The translations under genes were made by a program, and so were the position numbers. Positions 1 through 11,480 of a stretch of DNA of 64,000 nt are shown here, piece by piece. Every line of letters starts with the position of its first letter. Positions within the stretch are counted from its first letter, which is position 1. A model generated the notes under the pieces. That model did no database searches. It saw nothing but the letters and a program-made list of their open reading frames with translations, and was not told the origin of the DNA. Source of the stretch: Antedon mediterranea (lineage: Eukaryota > Animalia > Echinodermata); contig NC_092678.1 of the NCBI RefSeq assembly GCF_964355755.1, forward strand, positions 9,316,422-9,380,421. Reading direction: 5' to 3'.

Positions 1-2
1 CT

Positions 3-1331
3 AAGGCATTTTCTGATGTGCCTGGAAAAACTAATGTACTTACACATACAGTAAAAACTACTCATGAAACACCAATCAGACAACGTGCTTACAGGACACC
101 ACATTCAATGATGACAAAAGTCAAAGAAGAGGTGGACAGTATGTTGAGTCTAGGGGTCATTGAGAGGTCAACTAGTGCATATGCATCTCCTATTGTCGTT
201 GTACCAAAACCTAACGGTGATATTCGCGTGTGCACTGATTACCGTGCATTGAACAAGATAACTGAATTTGATCCTTATCCTATTCCTAGGATAGATCAGA
301 TACTTGATGAAGTAGCTAAAGCTAAATATATCTCAACCCTAGATTTGACTAAGGGATTTTATCAGGTACCTCTAGATCCGCAAGCTAAAGCAAAATCAGC
401 ATTTGTGACACCTTTTGGGCAGTTTGCATATAGGGTCATGCCGTTCGGTATGATGAATTCTAGTGCGACATTTCAAAAGCTAGTTGATACTGTGTTGATG
501 GGATGTTCCGCATTTTGCAGACAATATATTGACGATATTGCGATTTTCTCTAATACGTGGCAAGATCATTTAAATCATTTAGATATTGTATTAAGTAAAA
601 TTTCAGAAGCTGGTCTTACTATTAAGCCATCTAAATCGAAATTTGCTAACAGCACTGTAAACTACCTTGGACATACCATAGGGGATGGCCAAATAAAGCC
701 TATGTTAAATAAGATAGAGTCGGTAGAGAAATTCCCTACCCCTCAAACTAAGAAGAATGTCAGGTCATTTTTGGGATTGACAGGGTATTATAGGAAGTTT
801 ATTCTACACTATGATGACATAGCAAGACCCTTGATAAACTTGACTAAAAAAGCCGAACCTAAGAGAGTAAATTGGACGCCTGAGTGTGATAAAGCATTCA
901 CAGATTTAAAATCTCAGCTTATTGCTCACCCCATTTTAAGAGCACCAAGCTTTGATAAACCATTTTTACTACAAACTGATGCATCGAAAACAGGAATTGG
1001 AGCTGTTTTAAGCCAGTTAGATACTGATTGTAATGAACATCCTATTGTTTACCTTAGTAGAAGGATGTTGCCCAATGAGTTAAATTATTCAGTTGCTGAA
1101 CAAGAATGTTTAGCTATAGTATGGTCAATTAACAAGTTACGATATTACTTACAAGGGCACAAATTTACAGTTATAACTGACCACAAGGCGTTGAAATGGC
1201 TTGACAATACCCGCCATTCAAATAATAGACTAATGAGATGGTCAATGACTCTACAACAATTTACTTTTGATATACAATACCGCAAAGGTATAACAAACAC
1301 CAATGCTGACAGTTTGTCACGTCGATGTTAG
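3..1331 (+). CDS. pol: Gypsy pol, reverse transcriptase + RNase H (5'-partial, frame open from window start)
   Basis: RT motifs VCTDYRALN, LDLTKGFYQ, MPFG, YIDD. RNase H motifs QTDAS, EQECLAIVW, ITDH, NADSLSR. Confidence 0.95.
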   Translation, partial: KAFSDVPGKTNVLTHTVKTTHETPIRQRAYRTPHSMMTKVKEEVDSMLSLGVIERSTSAYASPIVVVPKPNGDIRVCTDYRALNKITEFDPYPIPRIDQILDEVAKAKYISTLDLTKGFYQVPLDPQAKAKSAFVTPFGQFAYRVMPFGMMNSSATFQKLVDTVLMGCSAFCRQYIDDIAIFSNTWQDHLNHLDIVLSKISEAGLTIKPSKSKFANSTVNYLGHTIGDGQIKPMLNKIESVEKFPTPQTKKNVRSFLGLTGYYRKFILHYDDIARPLINLTKKAEPKRVNWTPECDKAFTDLKSQLIAHPILRAPSFDKPFLLQTDASKTGIGAVLSQLDTDCNEHPIVYLSRRMLPNELNYSVAEQECLAIVWSINKLRYYLQGHKFTVITDHKALKWLDNTRHSNNRLMRWSMTLQQFTFDIQYRKGITNTNADSLSRRC

Positions 1332-2243
1332 TAATTCAGGGAACATACGGTACATCGCATTATTTTAATTTATAGTTAAGTGAGTACACAAGCTTCATCA
1401 GACCAAAATGTGTATGTTATAAGGATTATCACAAATAATCCCACTTTATATAGTAAAATTAAGTATTAAGATACAAACGAAATGATTCTCACAAAGAATC
1501 TATATATATTGTGACCATTATAAAAATTGTGTAAAATTGGTTAAAAAAAAAAAAAAAAAAAAAAATTATAATATCTGTATTGTCAGTAAAGATTATATTT
1601 AGCATCACCAACTAACAATTGGCCAGAGCACTTCACAATATTGAAGGTTATATGTACTACCAACTTACACTTGGTATTAGACACTTTACTGTATTGTAGT
1701 ACAGCTTTATTATGATATTATATTATTTAAGATGTAGAATTAAGCATAAAGTGCATCTCGAACTGTTGCCATAAAATGTTATGAATGTGACCATTAACCC
1801 CATCATCTTCTTTTATACAAACTTTGAACACTGTGACATGTTTATGAACTCTTACATTTATGATTGACAGCAGTGCAACAGTGAAATGAGGAGCATTGAA
1901 GAAAAACTTTTATGTAATTAATTTGATTGATATTTTACTTTTGACAGCGTGATTTTTGCAGAACTGCAGAACACTTTATGATTTTGAAGTTAAATTTAAC
2001 ACAGTGGACACCATACCATTGATGAACAATAACTTGAACAATGAACTTTACATTTTGAGGATGTAGCAGTAGAAATTATAAACAATGCATTTTTAATTTT
2101 AATACTGCAAGCTAAACATTTGAAACTACTTTGAACATTTTCAGTTTTATATTCTCATATTATATTGGTTTAGTTATTAAGTACTGTAGTTAAGGACATA
2201 CTATTTTTAGAAGAGTGACACACTCTTTTATTCAGTAGGGGGG

Positions 2244-2677
2244 TGTGATAATAACTCATGCTAAAGAGGTTATTATCCAGTAACCTTTAGTTACTCCTCT
2301 TACAGTTACACATATCATATGGTACCATGTGGCCTAGAAAAAAGCCCCAGACAAAGTTAACGGTAATTTTGTCTCAATTTTTGAAAAAGGCTAACTTATC
2401 AAACTACTTGGAATATTGTTGGCCAATCAGAAGTCAGAGTGGGGTTTTTAAATAGTTAAGATGATATGTTTTAAGTTTAGTTTTAGTTTTGGCATGAAGG
2501 TGAACAGACACAGGCCAGCAAGAGCGCCTGTTCATTAAAGAAATATACTTTTACTTTAACTTTACTGCATTTTTGATGTTCATCTTTGTCTGATAACTTT
2601 AAATATTAAACCGCTCGGACGTTTCTCCTATATGACTATATAAGCAAACCGCTCGGACTCATGCGAAGCCCGTAACA
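2244..2677 (+). repeat. 3' LTR (434 bp, TGT...ACA) of the first Gypsy copy
   Basis: Direct repeat of 5047-5481 and 7535-7969; follows the polypurine tract. Confidence 0.95.
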
Positions 2678-3094
2678 ATTAGACTAAATATTAGATTTAT
2701 TTTCTTAACATTTTGAGCCCATTCTCAAATCTCTGAGATTGCGTGTTATTGAGATATTAGGCAATCAAGGTCAAAGGTCAAACTGAAAAATAAAGCCTTT
2801 GCGGCCATTTTTGTACAATTATTTTCATTATAGCGAATATAAATATATATCTTCCAAGCATTTTGAAAAAAAAAATAAATGTAAAATGTCTCTGCGTTGT
2901 CAAGATATGGCGATTTTTAGTTATATAATAGAAAAATATAAAAATTGAGGTCAGAGGTCACAGAGGTCAAATCAGATTTCCAGTAACTTTGTTTTGGCAT
3001 CTCCACACTATACTCTACCAAACTGCTATACTGAAAAATTTGTATCCAGTCTGGTAACATCCCACCCCTTTTTCTCCCCTTAGGGACTGGACTA
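2678..3094. mobile_element. Right end of a DNA-transposon-like repeat (terminus ...GACTGGACTA, Academ-like TAG end) into which the Gypsy inserted
   Basis: Ends GGGACTGGACTA; a similar terminus TAGTCCGGTC begins the repeat at ~18488. Only one end is visible. Confidence 0.35.
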
Positions 3095-3270
3095 TATATA
3101 TGAAAATGTTTCAAGAAAAACAAGCATTAGGAAATAAAATGGAATTTGAATGATGGATTTATAGGAAAGCAAAAAAAAGCATAAAAGGTACAAAAGTTGA
3201 AGAATCAACCACTCTCATTCCTTGACTTTCTTAATGGCAACGAGGATGCTGACACAATAAATGTATGGTA

Positions 3271-4333
3271 TCTATTATATATAAATTATGGTTAATTCTG
3301 ACATAGACGAGCACAATGCAAAAACTTTGGTACAAATCTCCGCCTTGGATACCTACGGGTACCTTATCTATTTCAGATGTACCGCGAAACGTAGATTTGA
3401 TAACATTAGTTTTCACATCGACGCTATTGTTCCATATTTCTATGTTAGGAAGATATTATAAAGAGTTTTTTAACAAAATTTATGATTTCAACAGTAGATT
3501 TTCAACTCAATTTCAATTCTTCGCAAGTCAAAGTAATTTCCGGGTTCACCTTGTAACAACCTGGTTTCAACTATTTTCTCTCTTTTATACACAAGGGAGC
3601 AGTTAAAATAATAGCTTTGACCCTAAAGGTAACTGGAAACAGGTAGCAGGACTGGAGCTTAAAGTTGCATAGCCATTTCAGTTTTTTGTTTATTTTAGGA
3701 ACGAACCGCGCGTGTGTGAAGGTACAGTAGTTAAAAAATAAAAATTATACTGCAAATTAATAAAGATCAAATTAAATATACTCCATACAGAATCGGAATA
3801 TATTGTGGGAAATAGTATTATAAAATTACATAGGGAGATTTGATGATAAGACAATTTCTTTAAAATCGAGTGAAATCCCGATAGTTGATTGAGTAAGCTG
3901 GCAGGAATAACTATAGGCTATCTGTGTCCCGTTAGGACCGAGATGTCTGCCCATGTTGCAAGCCGTAATGTCTTCTTTCTTGGGCCCACTCTGTCACGGC
4001 AGTTAGTTTCAAAAGATGTTTAAATTAAATAATGTATTAATAATTATTAGGATGGTATTTATTTGAATAAACGCCTCTCCTCTTACTTTGAATAATAATC
4101 ATTATACTAGTTGTAGTAGAATTCATCGCACTGTTATCTACAATTTACCGAGCATTTGTTATTCTTTTTTACCACTTTTCATATCTATTAGAGGATTTCA
4201 TTTGATTATAAATGTTACCATATTATTAAAACTAACAAAATTAACATATATCCCTCGAATAAAACGTACAAGGAGAACATTTTTATCATTCCGAGAACCA
4301 TCGTCTACACTTCCTAGAGGGGGAGCAAGCGAG
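3271..4333 (+). mobile_element. Non-autonomous Helitron-like element, copy 1 of a head-to-tail pair
   Basis: Starts A|TCTATTATATATAAATT. Ends GAGAACCATC...CCTAGA...GAGCAAGCGAG, resembling the 3' end of the Helitron at 28881-30530. Aligns with 4334-5013. Confidence 0.6.
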
Positions 4334-5013
4334 TCTATATAAATTGTGGTTAATTCTGACATAGGTGAGCACAATTGAAAAACTTTGGGACAAATCTTTG
4401 CCTTGGTTACCTACTTTATCTATCTCAGATGTACCGTGAAACGGACGTAGATTTGATAACATTAGTTTCCACTATTACGATATTGTTCCATATTTCTATC
4501 TTAGGAAGATATTATAAAGAGTTTTATAACAAAATTTATGATTTCATCGGTAGATTTTTAACTCTACGCATGGTGGAAGTAACTTCCGGGTCCGCAGTAA
4601 GGTGTGACAATCACCTTGCAACTTCCTGAATGGTTGGTTACCATTTTAGTTTTTTGTTTATTGCCGGACCGCGCATGTGAAGGTATAGTAGTACATAAAG
4701 ATTAAATTAAATATATTCATAAAACATAGAAGTATATGTGTGGAATAAGTATATAAAATTACATCGAGAGATATGAGCTTTTGTTTGAAATCGAATGAAA
4801 CCCCGATAGTTTTTTAGTTAGCTGCCAGGACTGTATTGCACTATCTGTGTCCCGTTTGACACTGTGAAAACAGGTTAGTGAGTAGGTTTAGTTTTACGAA
4901 TATCAAGCATTTCAATAGTGGTAACCGACCGAAAACGTCCTGTCAAGAATGTTCTTCTAAAACCTTTTTACCCGAGTCATTATCATTCAGAGATCCATCG
5001 TCTACACTTCCTA
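4334..5013 (+). mobile_element. Non-autonomous Helitron-like element, copy 2 (diverged, shorter)
   Basis: Starts TCTATATAAATTGTGGTTAATTCTGACATAG like 3271; shares internal blocks and the end CCATCGTCTACACTTCCTA. Confidence 0.6.
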
Positions 5014-5046
5014 CATAGTTGATGTAATTAATCCTGTTTTTGAGCT

Positions 5047-5481
5047 TGTGATAATAACTCATGCTAAAGAGGTTATTATCCAGTAACCTTTAGTTACTCC
5101 TCTTACAGTTACACATATCATATGGTACCATGTGGCCTAGAAAAAAAGCCCCAGACAAAGTTAACGGTAATTTTGTCTCAATTTTTGAAAAAGGCTAACT
5201 TATCAAACTACTTGGAATATTGTTGGCCAATCAGAAGTCAGAGTGGGTTTTTTAAATAGTTAAGATGATATGTTTTAAGTTTAGTTTTAGTTTTGGCATG
5301 AAGGTGAACAGACACAGGCCAGCAAGAGCGCCTGTTCATTAAAGAAATATACTTTTACTTTAACTTTACTGCATTTTTGATGTTCATCTTTGTCTGATAA
5401 CTTTAAATATTAAACCGCTCGGACGTTTCTCCTATATGACTATATAAGCAAACCGCTCGGACTCATGCGAAGCCCGTAACA
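5047..5481 (+). repeat. 5' LTR (435 bp)
   Basis: TGT...ACA, followed immediately by the PBS. Confidence 0.95.
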
Positions 5482-5495
5482 TGGTGGCAGCGGTG
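5482..5495 (+). promoter_or_regulatory. Primer-binding site complementary to the tRNA-Leu 3' end
   Basis: TGGTGGCAGCGGTG abuts the 5' LTR; complement of ...CACCGCTGCCACCA-3'. Confidence 0.85.
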
Positions 5496-5815
5496 CTGGA
5501 AACGTTTTTAACCCGTTACTATTAACATTAGACGAACTGTGCTGTGGTGGACCACTTCACAATTTTTTTTGATGGATTGTTTGACTTGAATTTTGATCTG
5601 AAACAAGACTTTACCAACATTGTGGATGACATTGTTTTCATGCCAGAAACGCTAAGGGAAGGAAAACTTTCTGTCTATATCATCAATGAGTTCCAAGTTA
5701 AAGGTACATTTTTCATTTTGTGGTAAAAGTTTGTGATGCACTATAGTTTAAGTTTTGTTATATATATCTTACTAAGTCTTAAGTCATAGTCATTATATAT
5801 TGTATAAGTACATTA

Positions 5816-6448
5816 ATGCCTAAACATAAGTCAAGTAGGATCTTAAGATCTCAACAAAGTTCCATAATGAATACCGATGAAGCACAAACTTCTCAGGCTG
5901 CTTCTCAAAATAGTACTGTTGTACCAGCTATACCTGAAACCACTCAAAATACTGGTAACGAGACCGACATTCCGGATATGGTACTTGATAAAATTTCTGT
6001 AGAAATTGGGGGTCAAATGATTTTGATGCACATGCATGATTGGTTGGCCTATCAAAAAATCGAAATGGAAAAAGAAAAGTTAGAATTAGAACGGAAAAAG
6101 ATTGAATATGATAGAGAGATTGCAAATAAGACATTAGCACGAGACGAAAATGTTGAAACTATAAGAGCTCAAATACAACGAGAGAGTAATGATGGTCATA
6201 GCACCACAAGTTCATATGCCTCCACAAAAATAGATCGATATAAACAAAAACTAACTAATAATATCGATGCTGACGCTTATTTTACGGCATTCGAAAGTTA
6301 TGCTAAAAGGGAACAATGGGAGGAATCCACTTGGGTTCGACGCATCTCCCAATGCATTGAGGGAAAGGCTCGAGACGCCATGAATACCATCATGGACGAA
6401 AATTTTGATTACGAAACCCTAAAATGTACGATACTGGAAGTGTTTTAA
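5816..6448 (+). CDS. gag: Truncated Gag N-terminus (coiled coil plus capsid N-terminal region typical of Gmr1/SCAN-type Gag)
   Basis: DAYFTAFESYAKREQWEESTWVRRI...EGKARDAM...DYETLKCTILEVF; the stop is created at the deletion junction. Confidence 0.85.
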   Translation: MPKHKSSRILRSQQSSIMNTDEAQTSQAASQNSTVVPAIPETTQNTGNETDIPDMVLDKISVEIGGQMILMHMHDWLAYQKIEMEKEKLELERKKIEYDREIANKTLARDENVETIRAQIQRESNDGHSTTSSYASTKIDRYKQKLTNNIDADAYFTAFESYAKREQWEESTWVRRISQCIEGKARDAMNTIMDENFDYETLKCTILEVF

Positions 6449-6814
6449 CTGACCACAAGGCGTTGAAATGGCTTGACAATACCCGCCATTCAAATAATAG
6501 ACTAATGAGATGGTCAATGACTCTACAACAATTTACTTTTGATATACAATACCGCAAAGGTATAACAAACACCAATGCTGACAGTTTGTCACGTCGATGT
6601 TAGTAATTCAGGGAACATACGGAACGGTACATCGCATTATTTTAATTTATAGTTAAGTGAGTACACAAGCTTCATCAGACCAAAATGTGTATGTTATAAG
6701 GATTATCACAAATAATCCCACTTTATATAGTAAAATTAAGTATTAAGATACAAACGAAATGATTCTCACAAAGAATCTATATATATTGTGACCATTATAA
6801 AAATTGTGTAAAAT

Positions 6815-6858
<44 letters not shown>

Positions 6859-7534
6859 ATAACATCTATATTGTCAGTAAAGATTATATTTAGCATCACC
6901 AACTAACAATTGGCCAGAGCACTTCACAATATTGAAGGTTATATGTACTACCAACTTACACTTGGTATTAGACACTTTACTGTATTGTAGTACAGCTTTA
7001 TTATGATATTATATTATTTAAGATGTAGAATTAAGCATAAAGTGCATCTCGAACTGTTGCCATAGAATGTTATGAATGTGACCATTAACCCCATCATCTT
7101 CTTTTATACAAACTTTGAACACTGTGACCTGTTTATGAACTCTTACATTTATGATTGACAGCAGTGCAACAGTGAAATGAGGAGCATTGAAGAAAAACTT
7201 TTATGTAATTAATTTGATTGATATTTTACTTTTGACAGCGTGATTTTTGCAGAACTGCAGAACACTTTATGATTTTGAAGTTAAATTTAACACAGTGGAC
7301 ACCATACCATTGATGAACAATAACTTGAACAATGAACTTTACATTTTTGATGATGTAGCAGTAGAAATTATAAACAATGCATTTTTAATTTTAATACTGC
7401 AAGCTAAACATTTGAAACTACTTTGAACATTTCAGTTTTATATTCTCATATTATATTGGTTTAGTTATTAAGTACTGTAGTTAAGGACATACTATTTTTA
7501 GAAGAGTGACACACTCTTTTATTCAGTAGGGGGG

Positions 7535-7969
7535 TGTGATAATAACTCATGCTAAAGAGGTTATTATCCAGTAACCTTTAGTTACTCCTCTTACAGTTAC
7601 ACATATCATATGGTACCATGTGGCCTAGAAAAAAAGCCCCAGACAAAGTTAACGGTAATTTTGTCTCAATTTTTGAAAAAGGCTAACTTATCAAACTACT
7701 TGGAATATTGTTGGCCAATCAGAAGTCAGAGTGGGTTTTTTAAATAGTTAAGATGATATGTTTTAAGTTTAGTTTTAGTTTTGGCATGAAGGTGAACAGA
7801 CACAGGCCATCAAGAGCGCCTGTTCATTAAAGAAATATACTTTTACTTTAACTTTACTGCATTTTTGATGTTCATCTTTGTCTGATAACTTTAAATATTA
7901 AACCGCTCGGACGTTTCTCCTATATGACTATATAAGCAAACCGCTCGGACTCATGCGAAGCCCGTAACA
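7535..7969 (+). repeat. 3' LTR (435 bp)
   Basis: Preceded by PPT AGTAGGGGGG; matches the 5' LTR. Confidence 0.95.
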
Positions 7970-8529
7970 GAGCTCCAGTTTCTTATCAGGAAAAATGTAA
8001 AAAGTATAGCAATTAACATTCCAGGAAAAGTGCAGGAAGAATCAATTGGACTACATCATTTTAGTGAAGTGGATGTTAGGAAAATAAATACAGTGCAATG
8101 AATTTCTGCTGTAACTTTTACTATTCTCCAAAGTTGTTACATAGATAAATGTGCTTACTTAGTAGTAAATAAAGTATAATATTTATAAAATATATTAAAA
8201 CTAAATATGTGAATTAGGTATTCAAATGATATGTAAACCCATTTTTTAATCCCTACCACAAATAATTGCCGATACATGCTCAATTAATAGATAAATGCTT
8301 ATACAAGTTCTTGTTTATTAGGTCAAAGGTCAATAACTTTACATTCTGGTCATTTTCTAACAATTTGAAACCATTTTAAAATTGGTTATTGTTATTGTCC
8401 ATTCCGGAAGTGCTGGGTGACGCCGCACTACATAACATCAGGGAAAATAACATCAAATAGTTTTTCCACACTTTATTTGTTTCAAAATATTTATGTGAAG
8501 GTTTTAAGGATGTGTTTGGGAAGGTGTAG

Positions 8530-9337
8530 AAAGTCTTTAAACACAGGAAGTTTAAATGTTCGCGGTATTAGAAGCGATTTTCAGAAACGAGAACTAGCCA
8601 GCGATGCAGCTAAATACAAGCTTGACATTCTCGGGGTCCAATCGCACCACCTGGCGGGTAGCGATGTCATTCAAATCAGGCCTGACGATAACAAAGGCAG
8701 ATATGATTTCTTCTACACTGGACCCGCAAACAACACAAGACATGGCGTTGGAATTCTAGTTGAGAGCAGTTTTAAAGCAGAATTTAAGGAAATATTGGAG
8801 AGAGCAATTACAGCCCGAATCAACATAGAAAGTAGAGGAGGTAAGCCTGGGTCGAGGCGTAGGCCAAAACCCAGGAATGTACTTTTCGTATGCGCATATG
8901 CACCTACTTTAGAACATAGTGAACAACAACCTTGGGATAGAGATAGGTTCTATGACGAAGTACAAGAAGCATTAAATGAAGCAAAAAACAGAGATATCCT
9001 AATATTAGCTGGAGATATGAATGCAAAAACGGGGGACAGCCATCATGATTACCCACAATGTGTAGGAAGATATGGTAAAGGAAAAACGAACAATAATGGA
9101 ATTCAGCTAGTTGAATGTGCACTAAGAAATAATCTAGTACTAACAAATACCATGTTTAAACATAAGATGTCACATAGGACTACGTGGGAATGCCCGCAGA
9201 GACGCGATCAGCATAACGATCAGAAGAGTGGAGAGATCAGACGCAACCCCTACAGAAACCAGATCGATTACATTCTAGTTAAGAATTCACACATGAAGCT
9301 AGTCACTAACGCAAGAGCATACGAGAACATACACTGA
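8530..9337 (+). pseudogene. LINE apurinic-like endonuclease domain fragment
   Basis: EEP motifs GDMNAK and IDYILV; frameshift before the final TDH motif. Confidence 0.85.
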
Positions 9338-10052
9338 TCATAGATTAGTCAAGACAACTTTAACACTACAATGGTATAAATTAAATAGTAACGCTAAGAA
9401 AACCAAACAAATAGATGTGTCAAAACTTCAAGCACAACAAAACAGACAAACATATCAAAGAGAGGTATCGAGATGTATACAATCTGTAAACATCCAGGAC
9501 CTGGAACCACAAGAGAAATGGACCAAATTAACGACAGTCTTTCAGAATGTAGCATTGGAAGTGGTTGGTTACAGGAGAGCAAAGTCTAAATCAAACAATA
9601 AATATATACAAGAGTTATCGAAGAAGCAGAAACAGTTGAGGTGCGACATAAATTCATCAAATGACAAATCTAAGAAAACAAAACTTAGAAAAGAAAGAAA
9701 TCAAATCATAAAGAATATTCATACTGAACTTAATAAAGAAAAAGAAGACACACTAAAAGAAAAGATAGCTGAAATTGAAAAATTCAAAGATGACTCAACA
9801 AGAATGTACCAAGCAGTAAAAATCCTAAAACTTAACGAAAATAAAAGACTTGTGGTAGAAACAGAGTTCGGTATAACAACAAACGAAGAAGAGCAGGTAG
9901 AAATAATTAGCAATTTCTTTGAAAACGTCTATCACAAATCACAAGAAAAACCTATAAACGAAAACATTAAACCTATTGAAATGAAGTCTCCCTTTACAGG
10001 TGATGAAGTTGCCAAAGCAGCGGAATGCTAAAAAATAATAAAAGCCCAGGAA

Positions 10053-11237
10053 GTGACTCAAGTATACTCTGAAATGGTAAAATATGCACCCATAGAAGTT
10101 TTTAACCACATAGCAGAAATATATAACCAAACAGCTAAAACAGGAAACATACCTAAAGAAATCAACGAAGGCATATTGCATCCAATACCGAAACCAGGCA
10201 AGAAAAAAGGTCCACCAAAAAACATCCGACCCATCATCCTACTGTCGGTTCTTAGGAAAATGCTAGCAATATGCTTACTAAATAGGATAAACGACAGATT
10301 AGATGAACATGTCCCTGTAACACAGGCCGCGTATCGCAGAGGACGAAGCACTACCGAACATGTACATACATGCAAAATGTTAGCAGAAAAGGCAATTGCG
10401 TCATCTAACTACGAAATAATATTACTACTACTTGACATGACCAGTGCATTTGACACGGTGCGGAGGAATACTCTATTCGACATACTGACACATATATTAC
10501 AAGATGATGAACTACACATGTTGAAAGTTTTGATAAACAATGTAAAATTAAGCGTTCGAATTGGAAAACAGACAGGAAAATTGTTTACTACTACACTAGG
10601 AGTACCACAAGGTGACTGTATGTCTCCGATACTGTTCACACTATACCTAGCAAAGGCACTCGAATCAGCAAACACAACACCACTACCCCTACAACAGCTT
10701 AATATCCAGATGCAGTATGCAGATGACATTTCATTTATTAGCGACTCAAAAGAACACATAACTAAAATAAAGAAAAATGTAACAGAGAAATTAGCAGAAT
10801 TCAATCTAAAGAGAAACGAAAGTAAAACAGAAGAATACCTAATAGGAAGAAACACCGATAGTAAATGGGAAGAGTGCAAATACCTCGGTAGTAACTTGGA
10901 CACAGAAAAAGACATTAAAAGAAGAAAATCACTAGCAGCTATGGCATATAACAAGCTGAAGCCGTCGCTAGAACACAAAACGATGTCTATAGACGTGAAA
11001 TCCTGTTTGTTTGACGCATACATAGCAAGTATTTTCTTATATAACAGTGAACTCTGGGTACTAAACAAAAAATTACAAGAGAGTATAGATATATATCACA
11101 GGAAAATGTTGCGAAAGATGATAGATATTAAATTAACAGATAGAGTGTGTAACACGAAAATATACGAGATAACAAAACAAGAATGGAGTGAAAGAATTAA
11201 ACGAAGGAGACTAAAATGGTATGGACACATACTGTAA
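10053..11237 (+). pseudogene. LINE reverse transcriptase domain fragment
   Basis: GVPQGDCMSP, YADD, RRRLKWYGH. Confidence 0.88.
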
Positions 11238-11480
11238 TTAGATTACCGGATGATACCCCAATCAAACAAACAATGAAGGAAACTAACAGGAAAGTAAAAC
11301 CAAGAAAGAAGACCAAGAAATAACTGGATGAATCAAATAAAGAAAGACTTACAAGGACTAGTAGACACTAACACAATAACGAACCATCCTGCCATAAACA
11401 GAAAAAAATGGAAACAAATTGTGGAAAGCGTAATGTCGGAAGACGGAAAACGTTAGCAACAATTGTTAGAATCTTTTTTT

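Larger units (their letters stand above)
1..2677 (+). mobile_element. Gmr1-like Ty3/Gypsy LTR retrotransposon, 3' part (RT-RNase H, ~0.9-kb 3' UTR, PPT, 3' LTR); 5' part outside window
   Basis: Pol stops right after RNase H with no downstream integrase. PPT AGTAGGGGGG directly precedes a TG...CA LTR at 2244-2677 that is nearly identical to the LTRs at 5047 and 7535. Confidence 0.93.
5047..7969 (+). mobile_element. Internally deleted, non-autonomous copy of the same Gmr1-like Gypsy family with both LTRs and 5-bp TSD GAGCT
   Basis: LTRs 5047-5481 and 7535-7969 (one substitution seen). GAGCT at 5042-5046 and 7970-7974. PBS and PPT present. Gag start is joined at ~6446 to the RNase H tail (equivalent to position 1174). 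Confidence 0.95.
8530..11450 (+). mobile_element. RTE-clade-like non-LTR retrotransposon (LINE), decayed endonuclease-RT ORF
   Basis: APE endonuclease (SLNVRG, YAPT, AGDMNAK, NQIDYILV) in ORF 8417-9337 and RT (RPIILLS, LDMTSAFD, GVPQGD, QYADD, KYLGS) in 10053-11237, separated by frameshifts/stops. Ends approximate. Confidence 0.85.

Noticed and set aside
1332-2243. env-like ORF in the Gypsy 3' region
   Set aside because: No ORF of 60 codons or more on either strand.
3184-8100. An ~80-codon frame that appears if the Helitron pair and LTR element are excised
   Set aside because: It depends on an uncertain junction and has no recognisable domain or splice signals.
10058-11068. Antisense ORFs of 105 and 219 aa over the LINE RT
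   Set aside because: Shadow frames of a coding strand, with no recognisable motifs.
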